From Phycisphaerae bacterium (lineage in GTDB: Bacteria > Planctomycetota > Phycisphaerae > UBA1845), in NCBI GenBank assembly GCA_030429365.1, contig JAUIEW010000003.1, positions 1 to 59,535 on the forward strand: a stretch of 59,535 nucleotides of DNA. The letters run 5' to 3'. Under the pieces are notes generated by a model. The model was not told the DNA's origin. It did not search any database and was given only the letters and a program-made list of their open reading frames with translations. The translations under genes were made by a program, and so were the position numbers. Below, piece after piece: positions 37,666-47,676 of the stretch; position 1 is the first letter of the stretch; each line of letters opens with the position of its first letter.

Positions 37666-37797
37666 GGCTGACTTCCATCGGGAAAACGGATGTAAGTGGC
37701 AAACAATACCAATAGCTAAGGTAGCTATACTACCACTTTTCTGCCGCGTCAAAATCGAAAGATTTTGCAGTACCCGTCAAGCACAACGAACCACCGC

Positions 37798-37869
37798 GTA
37801 GGGTGGGCCGTGCCCACCGCTTCGACCGCCTATTGCATTCCCAACGACGGTGGGCACGGCCCACCCTAC
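37798..37869. repeat. REP doublet (REPIN-like), family A
   Basis: gtagggtgggccgtgcccacc ... ggtgggcacggcccaccctac. Confidence 0.9.
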
Positions 37870-37940
37870 CCTTGCGTTCCAAGAATTGCTTGCGTTTATA
37901 GCGGCGGCTGATCGTCGGTTGAGCATATGCTGCACACATC

Positions 37941-38705
37941 ATGATGCTCCCCTACGAAGCCGACGTTCCGATGCAGCGATACCCGTGGGCGAATGTCCTT
38001 TTGATCGCGGCGACGTGCTCCATTTCGCTCGCGGCGATCGCCAACAGCGATGTCTTCGATAAGCTGGCATTGGGGCAGCAGCAAATCCCCAAGTATGTCC
38101 TCGACTTTCCGATTCTCTATGATGCCCCGGACCATACCCGCCACTATCCGGTGAGGTACCAATCATCCGGGTACTTCACTTACGGATTCGTACACGGTGG
38201 CATACTGCATCTTGCCGGGAACATGCTCTTTCTTTTCGTGTTTGGAAACGCGGTCAACGCCAAGATCGGCCACGTGCGGTACCTGGTGATTTACTTTCTT
38301 CTGCTCGCGGCATCGGCTGCTATCCAGGTTAGGTACCTTCCCATACCGCTGCCGATTTGCGGCGCATCGGGCGCGATCTATGGCATCATGGGCATGTTCA
38401 TCGTGCTGTACCCGCGCAATGAGATCACTTGCTTCTGGTTTGTGTTCTACCGATTGTCGGAGCACTTCGGAACGTTTGAAGTCTCATCGATCTGGATTGT
38501 TTTGTATTGGGTCGCGTTTGACGTGCTCATGCTGAAACTGGAGTTAGCCGGTAATGTCGGCATCCACGCGCACTTAGCCGGCTTCACCATCGGCGTACTG
38601 ATCACAATCGCTGCAATCCTGATACGACTGATCAAGTCCGACGATTGCGAAGAGAATTTGCTGGAAGCCGTCGGACTAATGGGGCAATGGCAGGAAGTGA
38701 AGTAG
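37941..38705 (+). CDS. Rhomboid intramembrane serine protease
   Basis: HGGILHLAGNM, GASG, AHLAG. Confidence 0.92.
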   Translation: MMLPYEADVPMQRYPWANVLLIAATCSISLAAIANSDVFDKLALGQQQIPKYVLDFPILYDAPDHTRHYPVRYQSSGYFTYGFVHGGILHLAGNMLFLFVFGNAVNAKIGHVRYLVIYFLLLAASAAIQVRYLPIPLPICGASGAIYGIMGMFIVLYPRNEITCFWFVFYRLSEHFGTFEVSSIWIVLYWVAFDVLMLKLELAGNVGIHAHLAGFTIGVLITIAAILIRLIKSDDCEENLLEAVGLMGQWQEVK

Positions 38706-38771
38706 TGTGGATCGTGTATCGGGCAAGAGCCATCGAGGATGGGGCGTGCCAACTGATCCGGACGAGGCGAT

Positions 38772-40631
38772 TTACTGAACCTGCCGTTGAAATTCAGCGT
38801 AATCCTCCAAATCGACGTCATAGTCGCCATCAAAATCAAACGTGTTGAGACACGCCGCAAGTGTGTTTGGGGGTGTTGGATTGGGGAATCGAAATAGCCC
38901 CGCCATGCAGTCCGTCAATCCTGCGGCATCGCCTCCCGACACGATACCGTCTTGGTTAAAATCACCCCGCAGGCAACCGATCGCGCTCACCATTGCGCCG
39001 ACTGGCGTACCCGCGCATCCGTCATCCGCATCTGCTACTCCATCAGAATCTGAATCGTTGTCGCAACCCGAGAACGCCGATGGACTGCCCCCAGCACTCC
39101 AGCCAGCAACCAATTCCTGATAGTCAGAACAATCAATGTCGCCATCGCCATCGAAATCGAATGTGGCAAGGTTATCAGGGGTCGCGGGCGTATACCCACT
39201 ACCTCCCAGCGGCCCCGTATATGCGGCGATCAGCGTACTTTGATCCACCGAGCCAATAATGCCGTCAAGGTCAGGATCACCTTTTATCGCCGCCAGAATA
39301 AGATCGTTCGGACCGTCTGGATCATTCATCGACAGTGCGTAGCCGGCAGGAACATACAACTTAACTTGCGATTGATCGGGCGTAACCGGATGAAAAACCT
39401 GAGCACTGACGCTGGCGAAGTTTCCGGGCACGGTATCCGGATTTACGAGTGCGACGCGGAGCAATGCAACAAACGGGCTTAAAAAATATTCTTTCGAGGT
39501 ATCCAGCAAGATCGGTAGATGGGCAACAAGTTTGCATCTCGCTGTACTCATCCCCAAGACGTAATCTGGATCACCTGAACTTAAAATGCGGTATTCAACT
39601 ATGGCGATATCGCCCATGCGAGAGAAACCATAGTCCGGACTCCCTGAAAGTCCGCTTTGGAATTGAACAACTTCCGGCGAGGCATTGTCATAGGCCGTCA
39701 GAGAGGCCAATATCGTTCCATAATCCGACGCAGAGCCAATGGGCGTGCTAACCAACGCCTCCATGTAGATATAGGCGGAGATTTCAACATTCGATGACGC
39801 AGGACCGACAATCGAAGTGTTGGGCAAGCTGATCGTACCGTTTGCAAGGACTTGCACGGAATCAAAATAGTTTCCAAAACCTTCAGCCATATATACATCG
39901 AGGACTTCCTGCGTTACCGTTCCCTCAGCTCTTAGATCAAAGCGATGTGGCCCGACACGAGAATTGACGACCGCATCGGTGGGAAGTTCAAAAGAGTAGG
40001 GCGCCACTGGCGGATTGCCACCCGTGAAAATCTCAGTCTCAGAAGCCTGTTGCACATTTAACGCGATTTGCGAAAACGACCTTGGTACGGCTGGCTCAAA
40101 TCCAATATTGCTACTGCTCAGCGTTGCATAGTACTTGCCAAGGCCCGCATTATTGCTAGGGGAATTGTCCTCGAACAAGACGGAGGAACCCTGCGACCCG
40201 ATGACTTCAATCCCAGCCCCGGGAAAGCTGAAACTGATTTGCGAGCTATTCACGCCATCCGGAATATCATTGTCAATCGTTGTCGGCGTCGGATCAGCAT
40301 CGCCGTTGCTGTAAAATGCAATGGGGTCAGAAATGAATCCTTCGAGGAACAAATCGCTGGCAAAATCAGGCAAGAATCCTCCGTTCGTTGGCGCGTAATC
40401 GAATACGGCAGCCGAACGAAGATCACGCAGTTTTTGTTGCACCTGAAAGACGTGATATATTTCCGATTTGTCGACGCGAAACCGAAAGCTTGGAGCGCTA
40501 CCAACGACATCATACGACCAGAGCCCAAACACTGCTTGTCCACGCACTGTTCCCGCCTGCGTTGGTCCCGTCCAAGCAAACGCCAACAGGACGATGGCTC
40601 CCAATACATTGCAGAATCTTCGACGATTCAC
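38772..40631 (-). CDS. Secreted protein with two dockerin/EF-hand-like modules and a TSP3-like repeat (paralog 2)
   Basis: Signal peptide; GDPDLDG, DFDGDGDIDC, DSDSDGVADADDGC, DFDGDYDVDLEDY; GTG 40631 with GGAGG (ORF track starts at TTG 40652). Confidence 0.8.
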   Translation of the reverse strand: MNRRRFCNVLGAIVLLAFAWTGPTQAGTVRGQAVFGLWSYDVVGSAPSFRFRVDKSEIYHVFQVQQKLRDLRSAAVFDYAPTNGGFLPDFASDLFLEGFISDPIAFYSNGDADPTPTTIDNDIPDGVNSSQISFSFPGAGIEVIGSQGSSVLFEDNSPSNNAGLGKYYATLSSSNIGFEPAVPRSFSQIALNVQQASETEIFTGGNPPVAPYSFELPTDAVVNSRVGPHRFDLRAEGTVTQEVLDVYMAEGFGNYFDSVQVLANGTISLPNTSIVGPASSNVEISAYIYMEALVSTPIGSASDYGTILASLTAYDNASPEVVQFQSGLSGSPDYGFSRMGDIAIVEYRILSSGDPDYVLGMSTARCKLVAHLPILLDTSKEYFLSPFVALLRVALVNPDTVPGNFASVSAQVFHPVTPDQSQVKLYVPAGYALSMNDPDGPNDLILAAIKGDPDLDGIIGSVDQSTLIAAYTGPLGGSGYTPATPDNLATFDFDGDGDIDCSDYQELVAGWSAGGSPSAFSGCDNDSDSDGVADADDGCAGTPVGAMVSAIGCLRGDFNQDGIVSGGDAAGLTDCMAGLFRFPNPTPPNTLAACLNTFDFDGDYDVDLEDYAEFQRQVQ

Positions 40632-40682
40632 TGCAACATCCCTCCAAGTCAACCGTGACCGAATGCCAACGGCACATTACGT

Positions 40683-42530
40683 TTACTGGCTCAATCGCTG
40701 GACTGCCGCGAAATCTTCAAGGTCAATGTCGTAGTCGCTATCAAAATCAAACGTGTTAAGGCACGCCGCAATCGTGTTGGTCGACGCAGGGCTCGGCAGA
40801 CGCGATGGACCGTTCATGCAATCCACAAGACCGCCATTGTCCGCAGCATTGACGACGCCATCCAGATTAGAGTCGCCCAACAAGCAGCCCGTCTGACCGG
40901 TCAGACCGCCAGCCGGCGTGTTCGCGCAGCCATCGTCGCCATTTGGAATTCCATCGCCATCCGCATCATTGTCGCAAAGCGAAAACGCGCCTGGGCTACC
41001 TCCTGCGTTCCAGGCATCTCTAAGCCCCTGATGGTCGGCACAATCCAAATCTCCGTCACCGTCAAAGTCGAACGTGGCTAGTTCATCAAATGTTGCGGGA
41101 GAAAAACCAAGTCCGCCCAGCGGCCGAGTGTACGCCGTCATAAATGCTGCCTGATCCGATGGTCCGATCGTCCCATCAAGATCAATGTCGCCCTTCAAGA
41201 CAGGAACAATCAGATCATTGGGGCCATAGGGATCATTCATCGATAGCGTGTACCCATCAGGCAAATACAGTTTCAACTGTGTTTGATCCAATGTGACCGG
41301 ATTGTGAACCTGAGCGGAAATGCTCGCAAAGCCACCAGGGCCTTGATTCGATTCAATAATTGAGCCGCGGATGGCATTGACGCTGACTCGCAGGCGATAG
41401 CTGTCCATCGTGTTGAGAAGCACCGAAATCCGTCCAACAAGTCTGAACTTGACAGAGGTCAGTCCCGGAACATATTCCGGATCGCCTGAAGTAAGGATTT
41501 CCCTGTCGACAATAGCCAGGAGTCCTGAAGGATAAAACCCAGTATCTTGATTCCCTGACAGCAAGCGCGAATCGAATAGGTAGTCCAGAGTACTAAGATT
41601 AAGTGCATTCAGGCCCATTTGAATCACCAAGACGTCGCCCAATGATCCAGTCGGAGCCCGCAGCAAAATATCGGCTTGAAGAAATGTTGAGACATCCACG
41701 CTGTTGGATGAGGGACCGATGATCATGGTGTTGGTTGATTCCCATCCTCCAAGACATTGCATGCTTACCGAATTCCGGTCCCCTGCAACTTCCGCATCAA
41801 AAACATCTAGGATTTCCTGCGAGACACTACCTTCCGCTCGCAAGTCAAATCGGTGCGGCCCGACCTTTGACTCAACCCATGCATCATTGGGAATATCAAA
41901 ATCGTATGGGGACGACGTGGACCCACCGTCTAGAAATATGTTACCTGGAGATATTTGAGAAATTTGGTTTGCGACTTGCGAAAGCACTCGAGGAAAAGCC
42001 GGCTCAAACTGCATGAACTGGCTACCGCGAGTTACAAAGAATTTTCCCAATCCCGCGTTGTTACTCGCCGCGTTGTCTTCAAATATGGCGGCACCGCTCG
42101 ACAAATCATCCACGTGCAATCCGGCTCCCGGGAAACTGAAGCTTATCTGTGCACTGTTTGCAGCGTCCGGTTCATCATTGTTTATCGTTGTCGGTACCGG
42201 ATCAGCGTCACCGTCACTGTAGAAGACGCGTGGATCGTTGATTAGACCTTCGGAATAAAGGGCACTGGCAAAATCTGGCATGAATCCGCCATGGGTCGAG
42301 GCATAATTGGAAACTGCCGCATTCCACAAAATGCTCAACTTCTGCTGAATCAAATAAACACTGTAGACCTCTCGCTTCGACGCTGTGAACAAGAAAACAT
42401 CTGATTCGTCAACGGCGTTTATGTTGATCGAACTAATGGACTGCACGACTGCGGCCGACGTAGCAAGTGGAATAGTAAGAACGGACAAACAGACGACGCT
42501 TGAAATCTGACCGTTTGATCTTGTGCGCAC
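40683..42530 (-). CDS. Secreted protein with two dockerin/EF-hand-like modules and a TSP3-like repeat (paralog 1)
   Basis: Collinear with the 38772 gene; GGAGG RBS, GTG start; DFDSDYDIDLEDF terminus. Confidence 0.8.
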   Translation of the reverse strand: MRTRSNGQISSVVCLSVLTIPLATSAAVVQSISSININAVDESDVFLFTASKREVYSVYLIQQKLSILWNAAVSNYASTHGGFMPDFASALYSEGLINDPRVFYSDGDADPVPTTINNDEPDAANSAQISFSFPGAGLHVDDLSSGAAIFEDNAASNNAGLGKFFVTRGSQFMQFEPAFPRVLSQVANQISQISPGNIFLDGGSTSSPYDFDIPNDAWVESKVGPHRFDLRAEGSVSQEILDVFDAEVAGDRNSVSMQCLGGWESTNTMIIGPSSNSVDVSTFLQADILLRAPTGSLGDVLVIQMGLNALNLSTLDYLFDSRLLSGNQDTGFYPSGLLAIVDREILTSGDPEYVPGLTSVKFRLVGRISVLLNTMDSYRLRVSVNAIRGSIIESNQGPGGFASISAQVHNPVTLDQTQLKLYLPDGYTLSMNDPYGPNDLIVPVLKGDIDLDGTIGPSDQAAFMTAYTRPLGGLGFSPATFDELATFDFDGDGDLDCADHQGLRDAWNAGGSPGAFSLCDNDADGDGIPNGDDGCANTPAGGLTGQTGCLLGDSNLDGVVNAADNGGLVDCMNGPSRLPSPASTNTIAACLNTFDFDSDYDIDLEDFAAVQRLSQ

Positions 42531-42705
42531 GAATTTTCCGCCTCCTGAATCGAGTCACGCTAATCAAGCCAAATACCAATTTGTCAGGCTACCCAATCGA
42601 ACGTGCCGAAGTCAAACGCGAAAAGTATCGAGTTGGTTATTTGGACTCGAAACCGATTCTTAAATTAGAGGTGATGTAAGAACAGAATCGCGTTCCTTGG
42701 GGCAA

Positions 42706-43044
42706 CTACTTCGACTCCGGATCGAAGCCCCATCGCGATATTGCGTAGGCGACGATGACTTCGGCGAGGGCTTGTTCCATGGTGGGATGATCGCTACGAA
42801 AAAATTCACCGGCTAACACTTGCCCAGTGATCAGCGCGGTGTATGGACCTTCTTCGCTACCGGATTCATGTTCACCGTCGAGCTTCATCATGACGACGGC
42901 GCCATCGCCGCGGAGTTTTTCCAATATCGGCATGAGGTCGTCGATGCCTTTCCAGTCGGCGGGTAGCGGTGACAAGCCGAGGAAACGGGCCAACCGCGGA
43001 ACGGCGCGAAGATGCTTTGATTGTTTCTTGGCGTGCTTGGACAT
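42706..43044 (-). CDS. Hypothetical protein
   Basis: About 112 aa, globular; MKLDGE..PYT motif. Confidence 0.6.
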   Translation of the reverse strand: MSKHAKKQSKHLRAVPRLARFLGLSPLPADWKGIDDLMPILEKLRGDGAVVMMKLDGEHESGSEEGPYTALITGQVLAGEFFRSDHPTMEQALAEVIVAYAISRWGFDPESK

Positions 43045-43323
43045 CGAGTCTCTCGGATGTAAACCCTCCTCTGGATTCCTTGGCCAACCGAAAAACCGGC
43101 TCCTGACGGCCCAATCGCCCTCTAATTGTATCGGCAAATTCAACCCAGTACGATTGTGCGTGGTCCACCATGCAAAAAGTCAGCCGACTCACGGGACTCA
43201 AAATCCATCACAGGCTTTTTTGGGCATTCCGGGGTGCTGAGCACTTCTTGTAACGGGGGAATGGGTAGCTGCCAGGGGCCAGGCAGTTCAATTTGTTGGC
43301 TAATTCTTGATTGGAGATACGCC

Positions 43324-43866
43324 ATGAGTTTATTGGAAACGATTCTGGGGGCAGGGGGTGGCGCGCCGGTTGAAAAGCTGGGGAGCCAGTTTGGCCTGAA
43401 GGACGACCAGGTTGGGTCGATCCTGAAGCAGTTGGTTCCGGCTCTCAATGCCGGAGTGAAGCGAAACACGAAATCCCCTGACGGATTAGCATCGCTTTTG
43501 GGGGCACTCGCCAAGCGCGATCACGATCGTTATCTCGACGATCCCAATCTCCTTGAACGCGATGACGCCGTCAATGAAGGCAATGGAATTCTCGGTCACA
43601 TCCTGGGCAGCAAGGATGTCAGCCGCCAACTGGCTGGTCGTGCATCCTCTGAGACCGGCATCGATTCGGGAATCATTAAAAAGATGCTTCCGCTCGTCGC
43701 CACCATGGTGATGGGTTCGATGCGCAAACAAACGCGACAACTCGGCGCGACCGTTGAAGAAGCACGGCAGAAAGGCGGCGGCAATCCGCTGGCAAGTTTC
43801 CTCGATGCCGATGGCGACGGATCGATCGTTGACGATCTATTCGGGATGGCCAAGAAGTTCTTCTAA
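43324..43866 (+). CDS. DUF937 family protein
   Basis: EGNGILGHILGSK..KKMLPLVA..LDADGDGSIVDD; GGAG RBS. Confidence 0.85.
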   Translation: MSLLETILGAGGGAPVEKLGSQFGLKDDQVGSILKQLVPALNAGVKRNTKSPDGLASLLGALAKRDHDRYLDDPNLLERDDAVNEGNGILGHILGSKDVSRQLAGRASSETGIDSGIIKKMLPLVATMVMGSMRKQTRQLGATVEEARQKGGGNPLASFLDADGDGSIVDDLFGMAKKFF

Positions 43867-43997
43867 CCGGCCAAGTTCCAATGCGAAACTGAACGTCGTG
43901 CAGAATTTCCTGCGTGCAAATCATCGGATGAGTGTTGTGGGCGGGTAGAGTCACCCGACCCTTGTTATTGAAGAAATTTATTGGGGGATTTACAACG

Positions 43998-44408
43998 ATG
44001 GCAAACATGAAGATTGAAGATGTTGAGGGCATCGGTCCGGCTTACGGCGAAAAACTTAGGGCGGCTGGCATTCCCGACACGGATACGTTGCTGAAGATTG
44101 GATGCAATGCATCAGGCCGCAAGGACATTGTCGAAAAGACGGGACTCAGCGCCAGCAATATGCTCAAGTGGGTCAACATGGTCGACTTGTTCCGCGTCAA
44201 AGGCATCGGTTCGGAATTCGCAGAGCTGCTCGAAGTAGCCGGTGTGGACACGGTCAAGGAACTTGCCACCCGCAATGTCGCCAACCTCGTGGCCAAGATG
44301 GCCGAAGTCAACGAAGCCAAGAACCTCACCCGCCGCGTTCCGTCTGAAAAAGAGGTGACCAACTGGATCGATGAAGCCAAGACGCTTCCGCGCATGGTAA
44401 CTCACTGA
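43998..44408 (+). CDS. DUF4332 (HhH-repeat) protein
   Basis: IEDVEGIGPAY..KWVNMVDLFRVKGIG..LLEVAGVDTVKELATRN. Confidence 0.88.
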   Translation: MANMKIEDVEGIGPAYGEKLRAAGIPDTDTLLKIGCNASGRKDIVEKTGLSASNMLKWVNMVDLFRVKGIGSEFAELLEVAGVDTVKELATRNVANLVAKMAEVNEAKNLTRRVPSEKEVTNWIDEAKTLPRMVTH

Positions 44409-44469
44409 TCTGGCCAGTCCGCACATACAGAATTGGCTGAAGCGCCAAGATCATAAAGCAATATGGATC

Positions 44470-44514
44470 AACGCCTCAGGCTCATCGCTCGATGGGCTTG
44501 AGGCGCTTTACTTT
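44470..44514. terminator. Intrinsic terminator hairpin between convergent genes
   Basis: cgcctcaggctcatcg-ct-cgatgggcttgaggcg followed by ctttacttt. Confidence 0.65.
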
Positions 44515-44545
44515 ACGGCAACGAAGAGTCCTTGCCACCCAGTAA

Positions 44546-45841
44546 CTAGCGGCGGCGACGGGCTGGCTTGAATCTTCCGCCTAGCGTGCGTCTGACGTTG
44601 GTGGTGGTTTGACCTTCGGAATTGCTGGTCGTCTGCATGCGACCGGCGAGCACCTCACCTGGCGATTGGGCGGGCGTGGCTGGTTGCTCCGACTGGCGCG
44701 GTGACGGTTTGTATCCGTCGTAGTGAATTTCTTCGATCTGCGCGTTGATCAGCATTTCGATGTCAGTCAGCAGTTTGCCCTCCTCGCGCGTGACGAGGCT
44801 GACGGCTTTTCCGCGTTTGCCCATGCGACCGGTGCGTCCGATGCGATGCACGTAGACCTGGATTTCAGGTGGCAGGTCGTAGTTGATGATGTGGGTGACG
44901 TCGTGGACGTCAATGCCTCGCGCGGCGAGGTCAGTCGCAACCAAGACCTTCAATCGATTTTTGCGGAACTTATCGAGGACGGCTTCCCGCTTTTTCTGAA
45001 TGAGGTCGCCGTGAATCTCCATCGCCCCGAAGCCTTCTTTGTGAAGTCGGGCCGCAACTTTGCGGGCGGCCGCTTTCGTATTCGTGAAGACGATGACACG
45101 ATCGGGGTTGTCGTTCTTGAGGATCGCCTTGATCGCCCGATCCTTATCGCGCCGCTCCGCCGTGATGAAGAACTGATCGATCATGTCGACCGTCAGGCTA
45201 TCGCGTGAGACGTTAATCTCCTGCGGATCTTTCATGTACTGCTTCGAAAGACGCCGAATCTCACCGTCGATCGTCGCCGACACAAACACCGTCTGGTGGG
45301 CGGCCCGTATCTGACCGAGAATCTTCTTGATGTCGTCGCGAAAACCGATGTCGAGCATGCGATCGACTTCATCGAGCAAGGCGAATTCAACGTTTCGTAT
45401 GTCGAGATGACCTCGCCCCATCATGTCCATCACGCGGCCTGGCGTGCCAACACAAAAGTGCGGCTTCTTGCCCAACTGATGAACCTGGGTCTGAATCTTC
45501 TGCCCGCCATACACCGCAACGCAGCGCACCTTGGCGTATTCACCGATGCGGCGCAGTTCCCCCGTCACCTGCACAGCCAATTCGCGCGTGGGCACGAGGC
45601 ACAGCGCCTGCAACCCCTTGTTGCGATCCAACTTCTGCAACGTGGGAATGCCGAAGGCGGCGGTCTTGCCTGTACCGGTCTTGGCCTGCCCGAGCACATC
45701 GTGACCAGAGAGGATCTTGGGGATCATCTCCCGTTGAATGGGCGAAGGTTCCTCGTAGCCGATTTTAGCCAGGGCTCTGAGAATGGGCGGTTCGACACCG
45801 AGATCGGCGAACGGTTTGGGAAGGTCGGGATGCTTCTGCAT
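44546..45841 (-). CDS. DEAD-box RNA helicase
   Basis: Q motif, GTGKT, PTRELA, TPGR, DEVD, SAT, ARGID, HRIGRTGR. Confidence 0.96.
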   Translation of the reverse strand: MQKHPDLPKPFADLGVEPPILRALAKIGYEEPSPIQREMIPKILSGHDVLGQAKTGTGKTAAFGIPTLQKLDRNKGLQALCLVPTRELAVQVTGELRRIGEYAKVRCVAVYGGQKIQTQVHQLGKKPHFCVGTPGRVMDMMGRGHLDIRNVEFALLDEVDRMLDIGFRDDIKKILGQIRAAHQTVFVSATIDGEIRRLSKQYMKDPQEINVSRDSLTVDMIDQFFITAERRDKDRAIKAILKNDNPDRVIVFTNTKAAARKVAARLHKEGFGAMEIHGDLIQKKREAVLDKFRKNRLKVLVATDLAARGIDVHDVTHIINYDLPPEIQVYVHRIGRTGRMGKRGKAVSLVTREEGKLLTDIEMLINAQIEEIHYDGYKPSPRQSEQPATPAQSPGEVLAGRMQTTSNSEGQTTTNVRRTLGGRFKPARRRR

Positions 45842-45906
45842 ATAACTCCAATACGTTTGACTTTGAAGCTAAAATCATAGCAGAGCTGACGCTATCACGC
45901 CAACAT

Positions 45907-46740
45907 TTAGGGCGTTGGAGCCGAATTGGTCAGATGACCAAGCATGAAGAGCTGCCCCAGATTAAAGAGGGCGTGCCCCACCACGCAGGCTACGATTGAC
46001 CGCCGCCAGATCATGAACAGCGTCCATATAACCCCGATCACAGCCAAGGGAACGGCCATGATCGGCTCTTGAATGTTGATGTGCATCGCGCCAAACAGGC
46101 AGCCGCCGACGAGGGTTGCGACAATCCAATTACCGGTGGCACGGCGAAGGTGTGTCACCAGCACGCCTCGGAAAATCGCCTCCTCCCAGAACGCCACCAA
46201 TGCAATCAAACCGACCAGCAGCGCCGGGTGCATGGGCGGGAGCATTTCGCTGATGCGGTCGGGGTTGGCCTCCATCTGCTCCCGCATCCCGGGCCAAATG
46301 ACAAAGATGACCATCATTGTCACGAAGAAGGCAACCTGGCTGGCGACGGCGACGACAATTCCCCAAAGGCAGTCAATGTGCCAACGGGAGAACGATAATC
46401 CGATCGAGGCGGCCGAACACGATGCGTTCCACGTCAAACCAAGGGCGCAGAACACAAGCACCAACCCCACCGCGACCGTAATCACCAGGGGCACGACCGA
46501 CTTGGTCAATTCTTCTTCGGAGACGTTGCCACCCTTGCTGACGACGAAGCCAACGATCACCACGACCTGCAAGGCCACGAAGACGACCGTCAGGATGGCA
46601 AGATGAGCCATCGCTCGCGCGCGCGACATCCTTTCGAGCAACATCGGATCCGACGGCTCTGGCGGCTCGACAGGACCATCGATCGGGGTGGCGACAGGAA
46701 TGAACGGAGCGTCATTGTGACCGAATTCGTTCAGCTCCAT
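45907..46740 (-). CDS. CPBP/Abi (CAAX) intramembrane metalloprotease
   Basis: EEAIFRG, FGAMH, HALFN. Confidence 0.9.
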   Translation of the reverse strand: MELNEFGHNDAPFIPVATPIDGPVEPPEPSDPMLLERMSRARAMAHLAILTVVFVALQVVVIVGFVVSKGGNVSEEELTKSVVPLVITVAVGLVLVFCALGLTWNASCSAASIGLSFSRWHIDCLWGIVVAVASQVAFFVTMMVIFVIWPGMREQMEANPDRISEMLPPMHPALLVGLIALVAFWEEAIFRGVLVTHLRRATGNWIVATLVGGCLFGAMHINIQEPIMAVPLAVIGVIWTLFMIWRRSIVACVVGHALFNLGQLFMLGHLTNSAPTP

Positions 46741-46792
46741 ATCGATGCGTTACCGGTGGGTCGTCGTCAGGGTTCGTGGCGGGCCTATTCTG

Positions 46793-47545
46793 CTAGTCGT
46801 CTTTCATCTGGGCGAAGATGTCGTCCGGGATATCCACGTTGGAGGATACGCTTTGTGTGTCGTCGTGATCTTCCAATGCGTCCATGAGTTTGACAATCTT
46901 CCTCGCCGACTCAAGATCGACGGCGACGGTGGTGTCTGCAACCATTGAGATTTCGGCTGACTCGATGGGAATGTTCGCGGCTTCGATCGCGCCTTTGACA
47001 GCAAGGTAGTCATCGGGTGAACAGCTGATCTCGTGGCAGATGGGACCGGAGTCGATGTCTTCGGCGCCGGCTTCCAACGCCAACTCCATGATCTTGTCTT
47101 CCGCCACGGCATCGGCAGCGACGACGATCACACCGCGCTGATTAAACATCCAAGCCACGCTGCCGACCGCGCCGAGATTGCCCCCGGAGCGTTCGAAGAT
47201 CTTTTTGATTTCCGGCGCAGTGCGGGCGCGATTGTCGGTCAGCGCCGAACACATGACCGCCACTCCACCGGGCGCATAACCTTCGTACACGCACTCTTCG
47301 TAAGTGACGCCTTCAAGTCCGCCGGTGCCCTTCTTAATCGCGCGTTCGATGGTGTCGCGGGGCATGTTCGCCGACTTGGCTTTGTCGACCGCCAACCGCA
47401 ACCTCGGATTCGCTTCCGGATCGCCACCGCCCAGTTTGGCAGCCACCGTGATATCGCGCGACACCTTGCTCCAGGCTTTGCTGCGCTTGGCGTCGGTCGC
47501 GGCTTTCTTATGCTTGATCGTGGACCACTTTGAGTGACCTGACAT
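46793..47545 (-). CDS. yebC: YebC/PmpR family protein
   Basis: MSGHSKWSTIKHKK, NPRLR, YEGYAPGG, TDNRART. Confidence 0.97.
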   Translation of the reverse strand: MSGHSKWSTIKHKKAATDAKRSKAWSKVSRDITVAAKLGGGDPEANPRLRLAVDKAKSANMPRDTIERAIKKGTGGLEGVTYEECVYEGYAPGGVAVMCSALTDNRARTAPEIKKIFERSGGNLGAVGSVAWMFNQRGVIVVAADAVAEDKIMELALEAGAEDIDSGPICHEISCSPDDYLAVKGAIEAANIPIESAEISMVADTTVAVDLESARKIVKLMDALEDHDDTQSVSSNVDIPDDIFAQMKDD

Positions 47546-47676
47546 CGACTTGATTCCTTCTTACGTTTGCCGTTTCATCCGTCGGTACGCTTCATCATAT
47601 GGATCGATGCCGCGACGCCGGATTCGCTTAACCCACGTGCTTTCGATAGCGGGTGCCCTCGATAGCGGGCGATAGT

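Noticed and set aside
44546-45841. DEVD instead of DEAD as a sign of inactivation
   Set aside because: DExD variants are common and all other helicase motifs are intact
47644-47676. Short CGATAGCGGG duplication
   Set aside because: Only about 2.5 copies of a 10-mer; no further structure
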